NCBI GenBank assembly: GCA_938009745.1 | Contig: CALLII010000003.1 | Span: 3,126 to 67,125, forward strand | Length of the DNA: 64,000 bases | Direction: 5' to 3' | Source of the DNA: an uncultured Flavobacteriales bacterium | GTDB lineage: Bacteria > Bacteroidota > Bacteroidia > Flavobacteriales_D > CAJJDF01 | Shown: piece after piece, positions 54,747-64,000 of the stretch | Position numbering within the stretch: position 1 is the stretch's first letter | Layout: every line of letters starts with the position of its first letter | Position numbers and translations under genes: made by a program | Notes under the pieces: generated by a model | The model's input: only the letters and a program-made list of their open reading frames with translations | Database searches by the model: none | Told to the model about the DNA's origin: nothing

Positions 54747-55547
54747 ATGGCAAAAATAATTGCAATAGCGAATCAAAAAGGTGGAGTAGGGAAAACAACT
54801 ACTGCTATTAACTTAGCTGCTAGTTTAGGTGCTTTAGAAAAAAAAGTATTGTTGGTTGATTCTGATCCTCAAGCAAATTCTACATCAGGATTAGGACATG
54901 ATCCTAAAAATATTAAAGCTAGTATCTATGATTGTTTAATAAATGAATTAGATGCTAACGACATTGTATTAAAAACAGAAACTCCATTTGTGGATATGTT
55001 GCCTTCTAACATTGATTTAGTTGGTGCTGAAATAGAAATGATTAACCTACCAAGTAGGGAATATATGCTAAAAGCAGCTCTCGATAAAATGAGAGATAGT
55101 TATGATTTTATTATCATTGATTGTTCTCCATCACTTGGATTAATTACAATCAACTCTTTAGTTGCAGCAGACTCAGTAATTATTCCTGTTCAATGTGAGT
55201 ATTTTGCTTTGGAAGGATTAGGAAAGTTATTGAACACAATTAAAATAGTTCAGAACAAACTGAATAAAGATTTAGAAATAGAAGGAATTCTATTAACTAT
55301 GTACGATACAAGATTAAATTTATCGAATCAAGTGGTAGAAGAGGTAAAAACTCATTTTCAACAAATGGTTTTTAATACTATCATCCACAGAAACACAAAG
55401 TTAGGAGAAGCACCTAGTTTTGGTGAGTCGGTAATAATGATGGATGCGTCAAGCAAAGGAGCAATAAATTATTTAAATTTAGCTAAGGAAGTTCTTCAGA
55501 ACAATGACTTAACTAAGATTAAAGCAGAAGATAAGATTATAAACTAA
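54747..55547 (+). CDS. parA: ParA family chromosome partitioning ATPase (Soj)
   Basis: Deviant Walker A NQKGGVGKTTT; IIIDCSPSLG. Confidence 0.9.
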   Translation: MAKIIAIANQKGGVGKTTTAINLAASLGALEKKVLLVDSDPQANSTSGLGHDPKNIKASIYDCLINELDANDIVLKTETPFVDMLPSNIDLVGAEIEMINLPSREYMLKAALDKMRDSYDFIIIDCSPSLGLITINSLVAADSVIIPVQCEYFALEGLGKLLNTIKIVQNKLNKDLEIEGILLTMYDTRLNLSNQVVEEVKTHFQQMVFNTIIHRNTKLGEAPSFGESVIMMDASSKGAINYLNLAKEVLQNNDLTKIKAEDKIIN

Positions 55548-56443
55548 TGGCAAAGAAAAAAAGTGGTTTAGGAAGAGGCTTGGGAGCCTTGCTAGAAAAC
55601 TCGGATACGGATATAACTTCGGATTCGCCAGACTTACCTGCAGCAAATGCTGGAAGTGTATCAGCTATTAAAGTAGAAGATATAGAAGCAAATCCTTTTC
55701 AACCAAGAACAGAATTTGAAAAAGAAGCATTAGTTGATTTAGCTAATTCGATAAAGGAACACGGTATTATTCAGCCAATTACGGTTCGTAAATTAGGTTA
55801 TGGTAAGTACCAGTTAATTTCTGGGGAAAGAAGGTTTAGAGCTTCTCAAATTGTTGGATTAACTCAAGTACCTGCTTACATAAGAGTTGCTAACGATCAG
55901 GCAATGCTAGAAATGGCAATTGTAGAAAACATCCAAAGGCAAGATTTAAATCCAATGGAAGTTGCTATCAGTTTCCAAAGATTATTGGACGAATGCGAAT
56001 TAACTCAAGAAGAGTTAGGGGAGAAGGTGAGCAAAAATAGATCTACCGTTACCAACTTTTTAAGACTTCTTAAGTTACCAGATGTAATTCAGTTGGCATT
56101 ATCTAGCAAAACCATCTCCATGGGGCATGCTAGAGCTTTATTGGGTATTGAGGATGAAAAGACTTTGATTAGGTTCTACAGAAGGGTATTGGATGGGAAA
56201 TTATCCGTAAGAAAAACAGAAGAACTGGTAAAGAACCATAAAGAAGGAGTTTCTTCGGCAACAAGTAAATCATCTCCTCGTTATGCTTTATCATACGAAG
56301 AGCAAAAAATGAGAGACGAACTTTCTAAATCATTTGATAGTAAAGTAGCTATAAATAAGACGAATAAAGGAAATGGAAAAATTTCTATTCCTTTTTCTGA
56401 TCATGCTCACCTAAGAAAAATCTTAGATTTATTAAATGACTAA
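55547..56443 (+). CDS. parB: ParB/Spo0J chromosome partitioning protein
   Basis: 1-nt TAATG overlap with parA. NPFQPR, GERRFRAS and an HTH (ELGEKVSKNRSTVTNFLRLL). Confidence 0.9.
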   Translation: MAKKKSGLGRGLGALLENSDTDITSDSPDLPAANAGSVSAIKVEDIEANPFQPRTEFEKEALVDLANSIKEHGIIQPITVRKLGYGKYQLISGERRFRASQIVGLTQVPAYIRVANDQAMLEMAIVENIQRQDLNPMEVAISFQRLLDECELTQEELGEKVSKNRSTVTNFLRLLKLPDVIQLALSSKTISMGHARALLGIEDEKTLIRFYRRVLDGKLSVRKTEELVKNHKEGVSSATSKSSPRYALSYEEQKMRDELSKSFDSKVAINKTNKGNGKISIPFSDHAHLRKILDLLND

Positions 56444-57026
56444 ATTCCTGAATCATAGTTGGCAAGCTGCACTAGTTAGTGTATTCTTTCTATTAATTTC
56501 ATTCGGTGGAAATAGCCAAACTAATGGTGATACAGTTGTAAAACAATATAATTCGTTTTATGACATGGATACTTCTCATTCTGCCAGGAAAGCTACAATT
56601 TACTCAGCAATATTACCAGGTTTAGGACAGGCTTATAACCGTAAATATTGGAAAATACCTTTGGTTTACGGAGCTATTGGTGGTTGTTTAGCTGCAGCAT
56701 TAATCAACAACAATAATTATCAAATAACCAGAACTGAGCTTTTACTTAGAGTAAATAATCCTGGTGCTACAGGTAATGCCGATTTTCAGTTTTATGAAAA
56801 CTCTCAATTACTAGCATTGTCCAATGATTACAGAAAATGGCGAGATAACATGTTTATTTTTACAGGAGTAGCTTATGCACTAAATATTGTTGATGCAAAT
56901 GTAGATGCGCACCTATTTAACTTTGATGTGAGCGAAGATTTATCTTTAAACTGGCAACCTTTCACTTATTCTTGGGAAATAAGAAAACCTGTTGCTGGAA
57001 TTAGTTTAACACTTAATTTTAAATAG
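56436..57026 (+). CDS. DUF5683 domain-containing protein
   Basis: SAILPGLGQAYNRKYWKIPLVYG motif. It overlaps the end of parB by 8 nt. Confidence 0.8.
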   Translation: MTKFLNHSWQAALVSVFFLLISFGGNSQTNGDTVVKQYNSFYDMDTSHSARKATIYSAILPGLGQAYNRKYWKIPLVYGAIGGCLAAALINNNNYQITRTELLLRVNNPGATGNADFQFYENSQLLALSNDYRKWRDNMFIFTGVAYALNIVDANVDAHLFNFDVSEDLSLNWQPFTYSWEIRKPVAGISLTLNFK

Positions 57027-57028
57027 AA

Positions 57029-58735
57029 TTAATCCTTTTCCTCAGGTTCTACTTCTTCAACTTCTTCTTCCTCAATAATAGAATCATCTTCCAATTCTTC
57101 ATCAATCTCTACTTCTTTGGCTTTTCTTCCAGATTGCACGTCTTTAATTACCCAATTCAATTCAGTGTCTTCACCATTAGTTCTGTCTTCAAGAGTAGGT
57201 AATAAAAATACATCCGGTATTACTCCAAATCCATCAGGAGTATCTACGTATGGTGTTCTAATCATTCCCATTCCAAATTGAACCCCTAGTTTAGAGTTAG
57301 GCAAAGTAATTGGTTTAAAGATACCAGCAACAGTTCCATTGCTAGTTCCACCAGTTTCTTCTCCTACAACAGTAGCAACCCCCATATTTTGTAGTACACT
57401 AGGAACTACAGATGCTGCAGAAAATGAATTAGCATTTACCAAAATATATACTTTTCCTTTAAAAGCGTTTGACTTTGGTTCAGTTGGTTTGCTTTGTCCA
57501 GTTGTAATGTAGTAAATACCATCTTCCTTTTTTCCTCTTACTTGTTCGTAAGAAAATACAAAAGGTGTAGCCACAGTTTTTATTAGTAACATTAATGGGT
57601 TTTTGTTGTTTCCGCTCCACAATGCTTTAGTAATAGGAGTTTTAGTTTTAGCTTCCATTGGTAAAATAGTAACAAACTCTTCTTGAGCTAAGTAGCTAAT
57701 TAAATAATGAATTTCGGCTAATCTTCCTCCTAGGTTATTTCTAAAATCAAGTACTACAGCCTCAGATTGAGCAGTGTCAACTTCAGCAAAAAACTCATCA
57801 TATAATTGCTGATATGGGCCATTCATAAACCCACGTACTTTAAGATAGGCTATAGTTGAGTCTTCTTCCAGAAACTTATAATCTCTTGTGTAGATGTCTA
57901 ATTTCTTGTTGTAACCCCTTATTGTTTCGTAAGTTCTCTTTTCCTTTTCTTCTTTTTTCTTTGCTTCTTTTTCTTCTTTAGATAGCTCAGGTAAGTTCTC
58001 AATAGAATCTTTTTTAGCTTCAATATCTAAGTTTTTAGCTGTGTCATCAATAGGATTTGGCTTAAAAACTCTATAAAAAGTAGTGTCAAAAATAGAATCG
58101 TTAAGACTTAGTTTTAAAGTAACGGTATCAAAAGTTGGATTCTCATATCGGTAATATGACTTAAGAAATAGTCCAACTCTTCTTTCATAAAACGTAGTGT
58201 TAAAACCATCACTAGATCTTAAGTTATTGTATTTAGCAGATAACTCATCTACGGTCATTCCTCCAATCTCTAGTAATTCAGCATACTGAAGTGTTTTAAT
58301 ACTATCATATATTTCGCTTATAATTACTTTTCCTCCAATACTTTCAAACTGTAGTTTATTAAAAGCTAATTCTGACCCTCTGTATCTTTTTCTTTCTTCC
58401 TTTTCCATTCTTTCAAATGGATAACCAACAGCATTGTGCCCTTGTCTAATTTCTGAAACTAATGGAGACAGAATAAAAAAGAACTCTTCGCTTGTTAATG
58501 GAGTAGTAATTGAGTTTTTAACGCTATCTATCTTATTCTGAAGGTTTTCTTCAGTAATAAACCAATGCAAATTCGGGTGAAGCTTTCTTATTTTTTTGAA
58601 TGTATAGTCGATATCTTCATGAATTTCTTCAACCGAATGTTTTTTAGCAATTGCAGTGTTGTATTTTTTTACTGAATTACAACTGATTGAAGCTATACAA
58701 GCTATAAGGATGAAAAGAGAAGTTAATTTGTTCAT
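57029..58735 (-). CDS. S41 family peptidase lipoprotein with a poly-acidic C-terminal tail
   Basis: Lipobox IASISC. S41 core (VLDFRNNLGGRL; ILVNANSFSAASV). The tail is EVEIDEELEDDSIIEEEEVEEVEPEEKD. Confidence 0.8.
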   Translation of the reverse strand: MNKLTSLFILIACIASISCNSVKKYNTAIAKKHSVEEIHEDIDYTFKKIRKLHPNLHWFITEENLQNKIDSVKNSITTPLTSEEFFFILSPLVSEIRQGHNAVGYPFERMEKEERKRYRGSELAFNKLQFESIGGKVIISEIYDSIKTLQYAELLEIGGMTVDELSAKYNNLRSSDGFNTTFYERRVGLFLKSYYRYENPTFDTVTLKLSLNDSIFDTTFYRVFKPNPIDDTAKNLDIEAKKDSIENLPELSKEEKEAKKKEEKEKRTYETIRGYNKKLDIYTRDYKFLEEDSTIAYLKVRGFMNGPYQQLYDEFFAEVDTAQSEAVVLDFRNNLGGRLAEIHYLISYLAQEEFVTILPMEAKTKTPITKALWSGNNKNPLMLLIKTVATPFVFSYEQVRGKKEDGIYYITTGQSKPTEPKSNAFKGKVYILVNANSFSAASVVPSVLQNMGVATVVGEETGGTSNGTVAGIFKPITLPNSKLGVQFGMGMIRTPYVDTPDGFGVIPDVFLLPTLEDRTNGEDTELNWVIKDVQSGRKAKEVEIDEELEDDSIIEEEEVEEVEPEEKD

Positions 58736-58754
58736 GCGATTAGATTGGTTTTAC

Positions 58755-58762
58755 CAAAAATA
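58755..58762 (-). promoter_or_regulatory. Bacteroidota -7 box (TATTTTTG) upstream of the S41 peptidase gene
   Basis: The minus strand reads TATTTTTG, 19 nt before the ATG at 58735. Confidence 0.4.
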
Positions 58763-58875
58763 GGAATATCTTGAATATAATTTGACAATTTGGTGAAATT
58801 CTATGTCAAGACTTTTAACTTTACTAGTCTATACATTGTTGCAGGCACAATTAACTATTAAAACAGCTATTAAGT

Positions 58876-59592
58876 ATGAATATTGCATTATTAGGATATG
58901 GAAAAATGGGAAAGGAAATTGAAAAAATTGCCATTTCTAAAGGACATAAAATAGGATTGAAAGTAACTTCTGATAATGCTGAGTTTTCTCCAGCCGAATT
59001 GCTGGGAATAGATGTTGCAATTGAGTTTAGTCGTCCGGAGTTTGCTGTATCTAATATAAAAAAATGCTTTGAAGCCAATGTGCCAGTAGTAGTTGGTACA
59101 ACAGGTTGGTATGAGTATCTGGATGAAATTGAAACCATTTGTGTAGCTAGAAATCAAACGTTACTATATGCTACCAACTTTAGTATTGGAGTTAACTTGT
59201 TTTTTAAATTGAATACTCAACTGGCTGATTTAATGAGTAAATACCCAGAGTATTCGGTAGAAGTAGAGGAAATTCACCATACCCAAAAGCTAGATGCACC
59301 AAGTGGAACAGGGATTTCTATAGCTGAGCAAATTATTGAGAACCATAAAACTAAAGAGAGTTGGGTGAATAACGAAACGAATCAGGAAAAGGAACTTGCA
59401 ATCATTTCTAAACGAATTGACAGTGTTCCAGGAACACACTCTGTTTACTACAGATCACCTATAGATGAGATAGAAATAAAACACACAGCTCACAGTCGAA
59501 GTGGCTTTGCTAATGGAGCATTATTAGCTGCAGAATGGCTAGCTAAAAACAAAGATGGTATTTACGGAATGCAGGATGTTTTAAGTTTTTAA
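58876..59592 (+). CDS. dapB: 4-hydroxy-tetrahydrodipicolinate reductase
   Basis: GYGKMGKEI NAD(P) site and EIHHTQKLDAPSGT signature. Confidence 0.9.
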   Translation: MNIALLGYGKMGKEIEKIAISKGHKIGLKVTSDNAEFSPAELLGIDVAIEFSRPEFAVSNIKKCFEANVPVVVGTTGWYEYLDEIETICVARNQTLLYATNFSIGVNLFFKLNTQLADLMSKYPEYSVEVEEIHHTQKLDAPSGTGISIAEQIIENHKTKESWVNNETNQEKELAIISKRIDSVPGTHSVYYRSPIDEIEIKHTAHSRSGFANGALLAAEWLAKNKDGIYGMQDVLSF

Positions 59593-59596
59593 TAGT

Positions 59597-60634
59597 ATGA
59601 CAAATCCTATCTATCACATAGATTCAATAGCTAGTTTCGAGAACAGAATTAACGAATTGGATAAGACTTGGACTAACATTTACATTTTGGTAGATGAAAA
59701 CACCAAACAACATTGTTATCCATTGCTATTGGATGCTAATCCGTTTCTTGAAGTAGCCAATTTACTGGTTTTAGATGCTGGTGAAGATTACAAAACACTA
59801 GAGATATGTGATTCTCTTTGGAGTTCATTGATCGATACTGGTGCAGATAGAAAATCACTTATAATTAACTTGGGAGGTGGAGTAATTACTGATATGGGAG
59901 GTTTTGTTGCTTCTACTTTTAAAAGAGGAATTGATTTTATTCACATTCCAACAACCTTGCTAGGACAGGTAGATGCTGCTTTTGGTGGTAAAACAGGAGT
60001 TAATTTGGAGTATTCCAAAAATCAAATAGGTACTTTTGCTCATCCTCTTTTTACATTTATTGACTCACAGTTTTTAAGAACTCTTCCTGAGCGTGAATTA
60101 ATATCTGGCTTAGGAGAAGTGGTGAAATACGGTTTAATTGCCGACAAAGCCTTATTTGAGCTATTAAAAGACAAAGAGAACTTAATTCAGAACTTAGATT
60201 CAATCATTGCTACTTCAATAAAAATAAAGGAAGGTTATGTATTGAATGATTTTAAAGAATCAGGAGATAGAAAAAAGCTCAATTTCGGCCATTCGGTAGG
60301 GCATGCAATAGAATCTTACTACATGGGTGAAGTGCTTCATGGAGAAGCAATTGCTGCAGGAATGATTTGCGAAAGTTATTTGTCGTTTACCGAAAAGCTG
60401 ATTTCACAAGAAGACTTAAATCAGGTAATTGAAATGGTGTTTTCGTTTTTCTCGAAAATTGAATTGGAGGAGAAAATGATGGAGCCTTTAATTAATGAAT
60501 TAAAAGCCGACAAAAAGAATGAAAATGGAGTGATGAATTTCACTTTAATCAATGGAATAGGAGAGTCCAGTATCAACCATTTTTTAGGAGAAGAAAAGGT
60601 GAAAGAAAGTTTAATGTTTTACTTGAATTTGTAA
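59597..60634 (+). CDS. aroB: 3-dehydroquinate synthase
   Basis: GGGVITDMGGFVASTFKRGIDFIHIPTTLLGQVDAAFGGKTGVN. Confidence 0.9.
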   Translation: MTNPIYHIDSIASFENRINELDKTWTNIYILVDENTKQHCYPLLLDANPFLEVANLLVLDAGEDYKTLEICDSLWSSLIDTGADRKSLIINLGGGVITDMGGFVASTFKRGIDFIHIPTTLLGQVDAAFGGKTGVNLEYSKNQIGTFAHPLFTFIDSQFLRTLPERELISGLGEVVKYGLIADKALFELLKDKENLIQNLDSIIATSIKIKEGYVLNDFKESGDRKKLNFGHSVGHAIESYYMGEVLHGEAIAAGMICESYLSFTEKLISQEDLNQVIEMVFSFFSKIELEEKMMEPLINELKADKKNENGVMNFTLINGIGESSINHFLGEEKVKESLMFYLNL

Positions 60635-60645
60635 TAGTTAATTAA

Positions 60646-61857
60646 TTGAATAAAAAATTATTAAATAAAAATTTTAAACTGAAACACTCAGTCAATTTGC
60701 CATCTTCAAAAAGTATTTGCAATAGACTTTTGGTACTTCAATATTTAATGAATAATTCGTTTGAATTAAAAGGAATTTCTTCAGCAGATGATTCTCAAAT
60801 AATGCACTCCATTCTATCTCAAAACGAACTAAAAGGCGAATTAAATGTAAAGAATGCAGGAACTTGTTTTCGATTTTTAACAGCAGTTTGTGCCATTGGA
60901 AACAATGAGGTTATTCTGACTGGAACTGATGATATGAAAAAACGTCCAATAAAGGAATTGGTTGATCCTTTAAGGGAATTAGGAGCTAATATCGAGTATT
61001 TGGGAGAAGATGGATTTCCGCCACTTAAAATAATTGGTAAAAAGCTAATCGGAAGTAAAGTATCGGTAAAAGCGAATATCAGCAGTCAGTATATTTCGGC
61101 ATTGTTACTAATCGCTCCATTTTTGGATAATGGATTGGAAATTACTCAGGTTGGTGAAATAAAATCTCAGTCTTATTCTGAGATGACAATTTCGTTATTG
61201 AAACAACTAGGAATTGAAGTAGTTCAAGAAGAAAGTAAGATAAAAGTAGCACCTTGTACTGGATCGTATTCACAACCAATAGAAGTAGAAAAAGATTGGT
61301 CTTCTGTTTCGTATTGGTATGAATTGATTGTTCTTTCTAATTTTAATTCAAAGCTTCAATTAAATGGGGTTAAATTATTTAGTATTCAGGGAGATAATGA
61401 AATTAAAAACATCTTTAAAAAACTAGGAGTTTTAACTTTAGAAGGTGATACAGGAATAGAAATAGTAAAAATAAAAGAACCAAATTTCACTCAATTTGAA
61501 CACGATTTTTCTTCAATTCCAGATATGGTTCAGACTTTAGTAGTCACTTGTGTAGGATTAGGAATAAATGGAAAATTCACAGGGATTTCTCACTTAGTTT
61601 ACAAAGAAACAAATAGAATAGAAGCCTTAAAAATCGAAATAGCCAAACTCAATTATTCGCTAGAAATGATTGATGCCGATTCGTTTGAGATTAAGAAACT
61701 TGGGGAGTTACCAAAAAAAGTTTCAATTTTAACCTATCACGATCATAGGATGGCAATGGCTTTCGCACCAATAGTAGCTGTTATGGAAGAAGTAGAAATT
61801 GAAAACCCTGAAGTTGTGGTTAAGAGTTATCCTGAGTTTTGGGATAATTTTAGTTAA
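60646..61857 (+). CDS. aroA: 3-phosphoshikimate 1-carboxyvinyltransferase (EPSP synthase)
   Basis: LPSSKSICNRLLVL, NAGTCFRFL and DHRMAMAFA. It needs the TTG start at 60646 because conserved motifs precede the first ATG. Confidence 0.9.
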   Translation: MNKKLLNKNFKLKHSVNLPSSKSICNRLLVLQYLMNNSFELKGISSADDSQIMHSILSQNELKGELNVKNAGTCFRFLTAVCAIGNNEVILTGTDDMKKRPIKELVDPLRELGANIEYLGEDGFPPLKIIGKKLIGSKVSVKANISSQYISALLLIAPFLDNGLEITQVGEIKSQSYSEMTISLLKQLGIEVVQEESKIKVAPCTGSYSQPIEVEKDWSSVSYWYELIVLSNFNSKLQLNGVKLFSIQGDNEIKNIFKKLGVLTLEGDTGIEIVKIKEPNFTQFEHDFSSIPDMVQTLVVTCVGLGINGKFTGISHLVYKETNRIEALKIEIAKLNYSLEMIDADSFEIKKLGELPKKVSILTYHDHRMAMAFAPIVAVMEEVEIENPEVVVKSYPEFWDNFS

Positions 61858-62432
61858 ACGTCAAAAGATTCAACTTCAACACTTTCCCCAGACTTCAAAT
61901 TTCCCAAGGCTACATTCCCAATCCTAACACGTATCAATCGTAAAGTAGGAAACCCAACAGCAGCAGTCATTTTGCGGACTTGGCGGTATTTGCCTTCTTT
62001 TATTGTGATAGAAACCCAACTAGTTGCTCCGTGTCGTTCGTCTCGTATTTTTTTGGCTCTTGGTTCAAAAATAGGAATAGGGCTTACAATTTTTGCTTTT
62101 CCTGGTAATGTAAGGTATTGCTCTTTTTTAACAGTTATTTCAACACCTTCTTGTAGCTTTTTAAGAGCTTCTAAGGTGATTTTGCCATCAACTTGAGCAT
62201 AGTATTCTTTTTCTACTTTGGTGCTTGTTATTATGTGGCTTTGCATTCCATCAGTAGTAAGAAAAATTAATCCTTCGGAGTGTTCGTCTAACCTACCAAT
62301 TGCCATAGTTCCTTCAGGAAAACTTCCTAATTCGCCTAAAAGCTTTTTGTTTTTGCGAACTGTTTCAGTTCTTATGAATTGAGAAAGGTATCCGTATGGC
62401 TTGTAAAGCATGAAATGACGGTGGGCTGGCAT
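61854..62432 (-). CDS. Pseudouridine synthase (RsuA/RluE family, no S4 domain)
   Basis: FMLYKPYGYLSQF and the catalytic GRLDEHSEGLIFLTTDG. Confidence 0.85.
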   Translation of the reverse strand: MPAHRHFMLYKPYGYLSQFIRTETVRKNKKLLGELGSFPEGTMAIGRLDEHSEGLIFLTTDGMQSHIITSTKVEKEYYAQVDGKITLEALKKLQEGVEITVKKEQYLTLPGKAKIVSPIPIFEPRAKKIRDERHGATSWVSITIKEGKYRQVRKMTAAVGFPTLRLIRVRIGNVALGNLKSGESVEVESFDV

Positions 62433-62472
62433 TTTGATTTATTATTTAAAAAATAATTAGAGTTGATGATTT

Positions 62473-63834
62473 CTAACGTCCATCACCTTTTTTAGGTTTT
62501 CTTCTAATCTTATTTTGATCTCCACGAGTTTTTGGTTTTTTGTATTTCAAAGTTTTCCTTCTCATTCTTGGGTTTCCACCATTCTGCATCAAGTTTTTTT
62601 CCTTTTTCTCATGGAAACTAGCTCCTCTTGTATCGTCTTGTTTAGCATGAATGTTAAGTTCCTTAGCTTTTGGACGCTCATCAGGAATTAACTCATTAGA
62701 AATGGCGATTGATTCGGGGAATTTCTTCTTCTCAATGGTCATTCCCATCAATTCTTCAATTTTCTCTTTGTCGGTAGCTTCTTTCTCCGTGTAAAGAAGT
62801 ATGGCATTTCCTTTTTTCTCCGCTCTTCCCGATCTACCAATTCTGTGCATGTAGTTTTCAGGATAGTTAGGAGTATCCAAGTTAATTACGTGTGAAATCG
62901 CATCTAAATCCAATCCACGAGCCATTACATCTGTACTAATAAGGATTCTGTTGGTCCCTTCATCAAAACGCTTAATAGACTTAATACGGTAGTTTTGAGA
63001 TTTATTGGAGTGAACAACACCTAGTTCTCTTCCAAATTTTTCTTCCATGGCATTAAATAGCCTATCTGCATTGGTTTTACTACCCACAAAAATCAATACT
63101 TTTTTAAACTGATCTTTATCTTTTAGCAAATGCATAATAAGATTCGCCTTGGTGTAAAAGTTAGGAACAGGATAACATACTTGCTTAATATTAGCTAATG
63201 GAGTTCCCGAAAGGGCAATGGCTATAGTAATTGGAGCTACAAAAAATGCTTCTATCAATTCTTTGATGTCATCTGTCATAGTTGCCGAAAACATAGTGTT
63301 TTGACGTTTTTCTGGCAATAATTCAAAAATGTTGGTTAATTGAAATCTAAATCCTAAATCCAACATCACATCCACTTCATCAATTACTAGTTTTTGAACC
63401 GATTTAAGACTCAAAGCTCTGTGCATAACCATGTCGTATAATCGACCAGGTGTAGCAACTAATACATCCACTCCAGCACCCACGGCAAGTTTTTGTGTAT
63501 TTATATTCGTACCTCCATACACTCCTACAACTCTGGTAGACATATATTTGGAGTAATCTTTAATGTTTTCAACTACTTGTAATACTAGCTCACGGGTAGG
63601 AACCAAAATAAGAACTCTAGGATTTTTTTGCTCCGAGTATTTTAGTCCATCTAAAAATGGTAAAGAAAATGCCAAAGTTTTTCCAGTTCCTGTTTGAGCA
63701 ATTCCAATTACGTTTCGTCCAGATTTAATTACCGAATACGATTCCTGCTGAATAGGAGTAGGAGTAGTTATTTCCAAATCCTCTAGAGCATTCAGTAAAT
63801 ATTTTGATATTTTAAAATCGTGAAACGTAGACAT
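62473..63834 (-). CDS. DEAD/DEAH-box RNA helicase with a basic C-terminal tail
   Basis: Q-motif region, AQTGTGKT, motif II as DEVD, SAT and HRIGRSGRA. The tail is lysine/arginine-rich. Confidence 0.9.
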   Translation of the reverse strand: MSTFHDFKISKYLLNALEDLEITTPTPIQQESYSVIKSGRNVIGIAQTGTGKTLAFSLPFLDGLKYSEQKNPRVLILVPTRELVLQVVENIKDYSKYMSTRVVGVYGGTNINTQKLAVGAGVDVLVATPGRLYDMVMHRALSLKSVQKLVIDEVDVMLDLGFRFQLTNIFELLPEKRQNTMFSATMTDDIKELIEAFFVAPITIAIALSGTPLANIKQVCYPVPNFYTKANLIMHLLKDKDQFKKVLIFVGSKTNADRLFNAMEEKFGRELGVVHSNKSQNYRIKSIKRFDEGTNRILISTDVMARGLDLDAISHVINLDTPNYPENYMHRIGRSGRAEKKGNAILLYTEKEATDKEKIEELMGMTIEKKKFPESIAISNELIPDERPKAKELNIHAKQDDTRGASFHEKKEKNLMQNGGNPRMRRKTLKYKKPKTRGDQNKIRRKPKKGDGR

Positions 63835-63889
63835 TTTATTACTTTTTTTTAAAAGTACGGGTTTTATATGACTTCAATAGAGTTTTGAT

Positions 63890-64000
63890 TTAAAACGCCT
63901 CACCAATTGTTACATAAAACTGAAATCCTTCATGACTATTAGCCACATCTACTCGTAGATTAGATTTTTGTTTTTTACTCAATTGATATCTCAATCCAGC
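63890..64000 (-). CDS. 3' end of an outer-membrane beta-barrel protein gene (partial, continues beyond the window)
   Basis: My own minus-strand translation gives ...AGLRYQLSKKQKSNLRVDVANSHEGFQFYVTIGEAF*, an amphipathic strand ending in a terminal Phe typical of OMPs. It is too short for the ORF track. Confidence 0.4.
   Translation of the reverse strand, partial: AGLRYQLSKKQKSNLRVDVANSHEGFQFYVTIGEAF

Noticed and set aside
54747-56443. Replication origin or parS near parAB (DnaA boxes TTATCCACA, parS palindrome).
   Set aside because: By eye I found only isolated near-matches inside coding regions (for example TGTGGATAG at about 25600) and no cluster. No dnaA or dnaN gene is in the window, so I make no oriC claim.
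58851-59157. Two minus-strand ORFs (95 and 88 aa) over the dapB 5' region.
   Set aside because: They are antisense to dapB, whose NAD(P)-binding N-terminus is canonical.
1-64000. Defence island, prophage, integrative element, CRISPR array or toxin-antitoxin pair, looked for across the whole window on both strands.
   Set aside because: I recognised no integrase, transposase, recombinase, phage structural genes, restriction-modification, nuclease/ATPase defence pairs, direct-repeat arrays, tRNA attachment sites or compositional discontinuity. The gene content is overwhelmingly conserved housekeeping and envelope functions.

Overview
This is an AT-rich chromosomal window, judged by eye and not computed. 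It looks like core genome of a Bacteroidota (Flavobacteriia-like) bacterium. The taxon call rests on five T9SS C-terminal sorting domains (three type A, two type B), a PorP/SprF gene, Bacteroidota-specific DUF families and TAnnTTTG promoter boxes. Coding density is very high, with about 58 CDS, most of them housekeeping: thrS-infC-rpmI-rplT, guaA, coaBC, rpoZ, bamD, tsaB, mtaB, lgt, dacB, rarA, parA-parB, dapB-aroB-aroA, rdgB and a DEAD-box helicase. The one RNA gene I can support is RNase P RNA (rnpB, minus strand, about 38858-39218), which the ORF track cannot show. I saw no tRNA, rRNA, CRISPR array, transposase, integrase, prophage or recognisable defence genes, and no compositionally foreign island apart from the GC-rich rnpB patch. 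I therefore cannot claim a clearly novel multi-gene system. The best candidates for a second look are: (1) an ECF sigma factor translationally coupled to a 575-aa protein that combines one membrane helix, a ~260-aa disordered linker and a C-terminal outer-membrane-barrel-like domain; (2) T9SS loci that break the usual cargo/PorP pairing, with a type-A cargo next to porP/sprF and two large type-B cargo genes with no partner; (3) nested GTCAT(T/C)CC...GAATC palindromic repeats in the only roomy convergent intergenic region; (4) convergent gene ends that almost always abut or overlap, including three TTAA stop/stop overlaps. Several ORF-track starts are probably wrong (infC, thrS, the acyltransferase, DUF2851 and others) and are corrected in the feature list.
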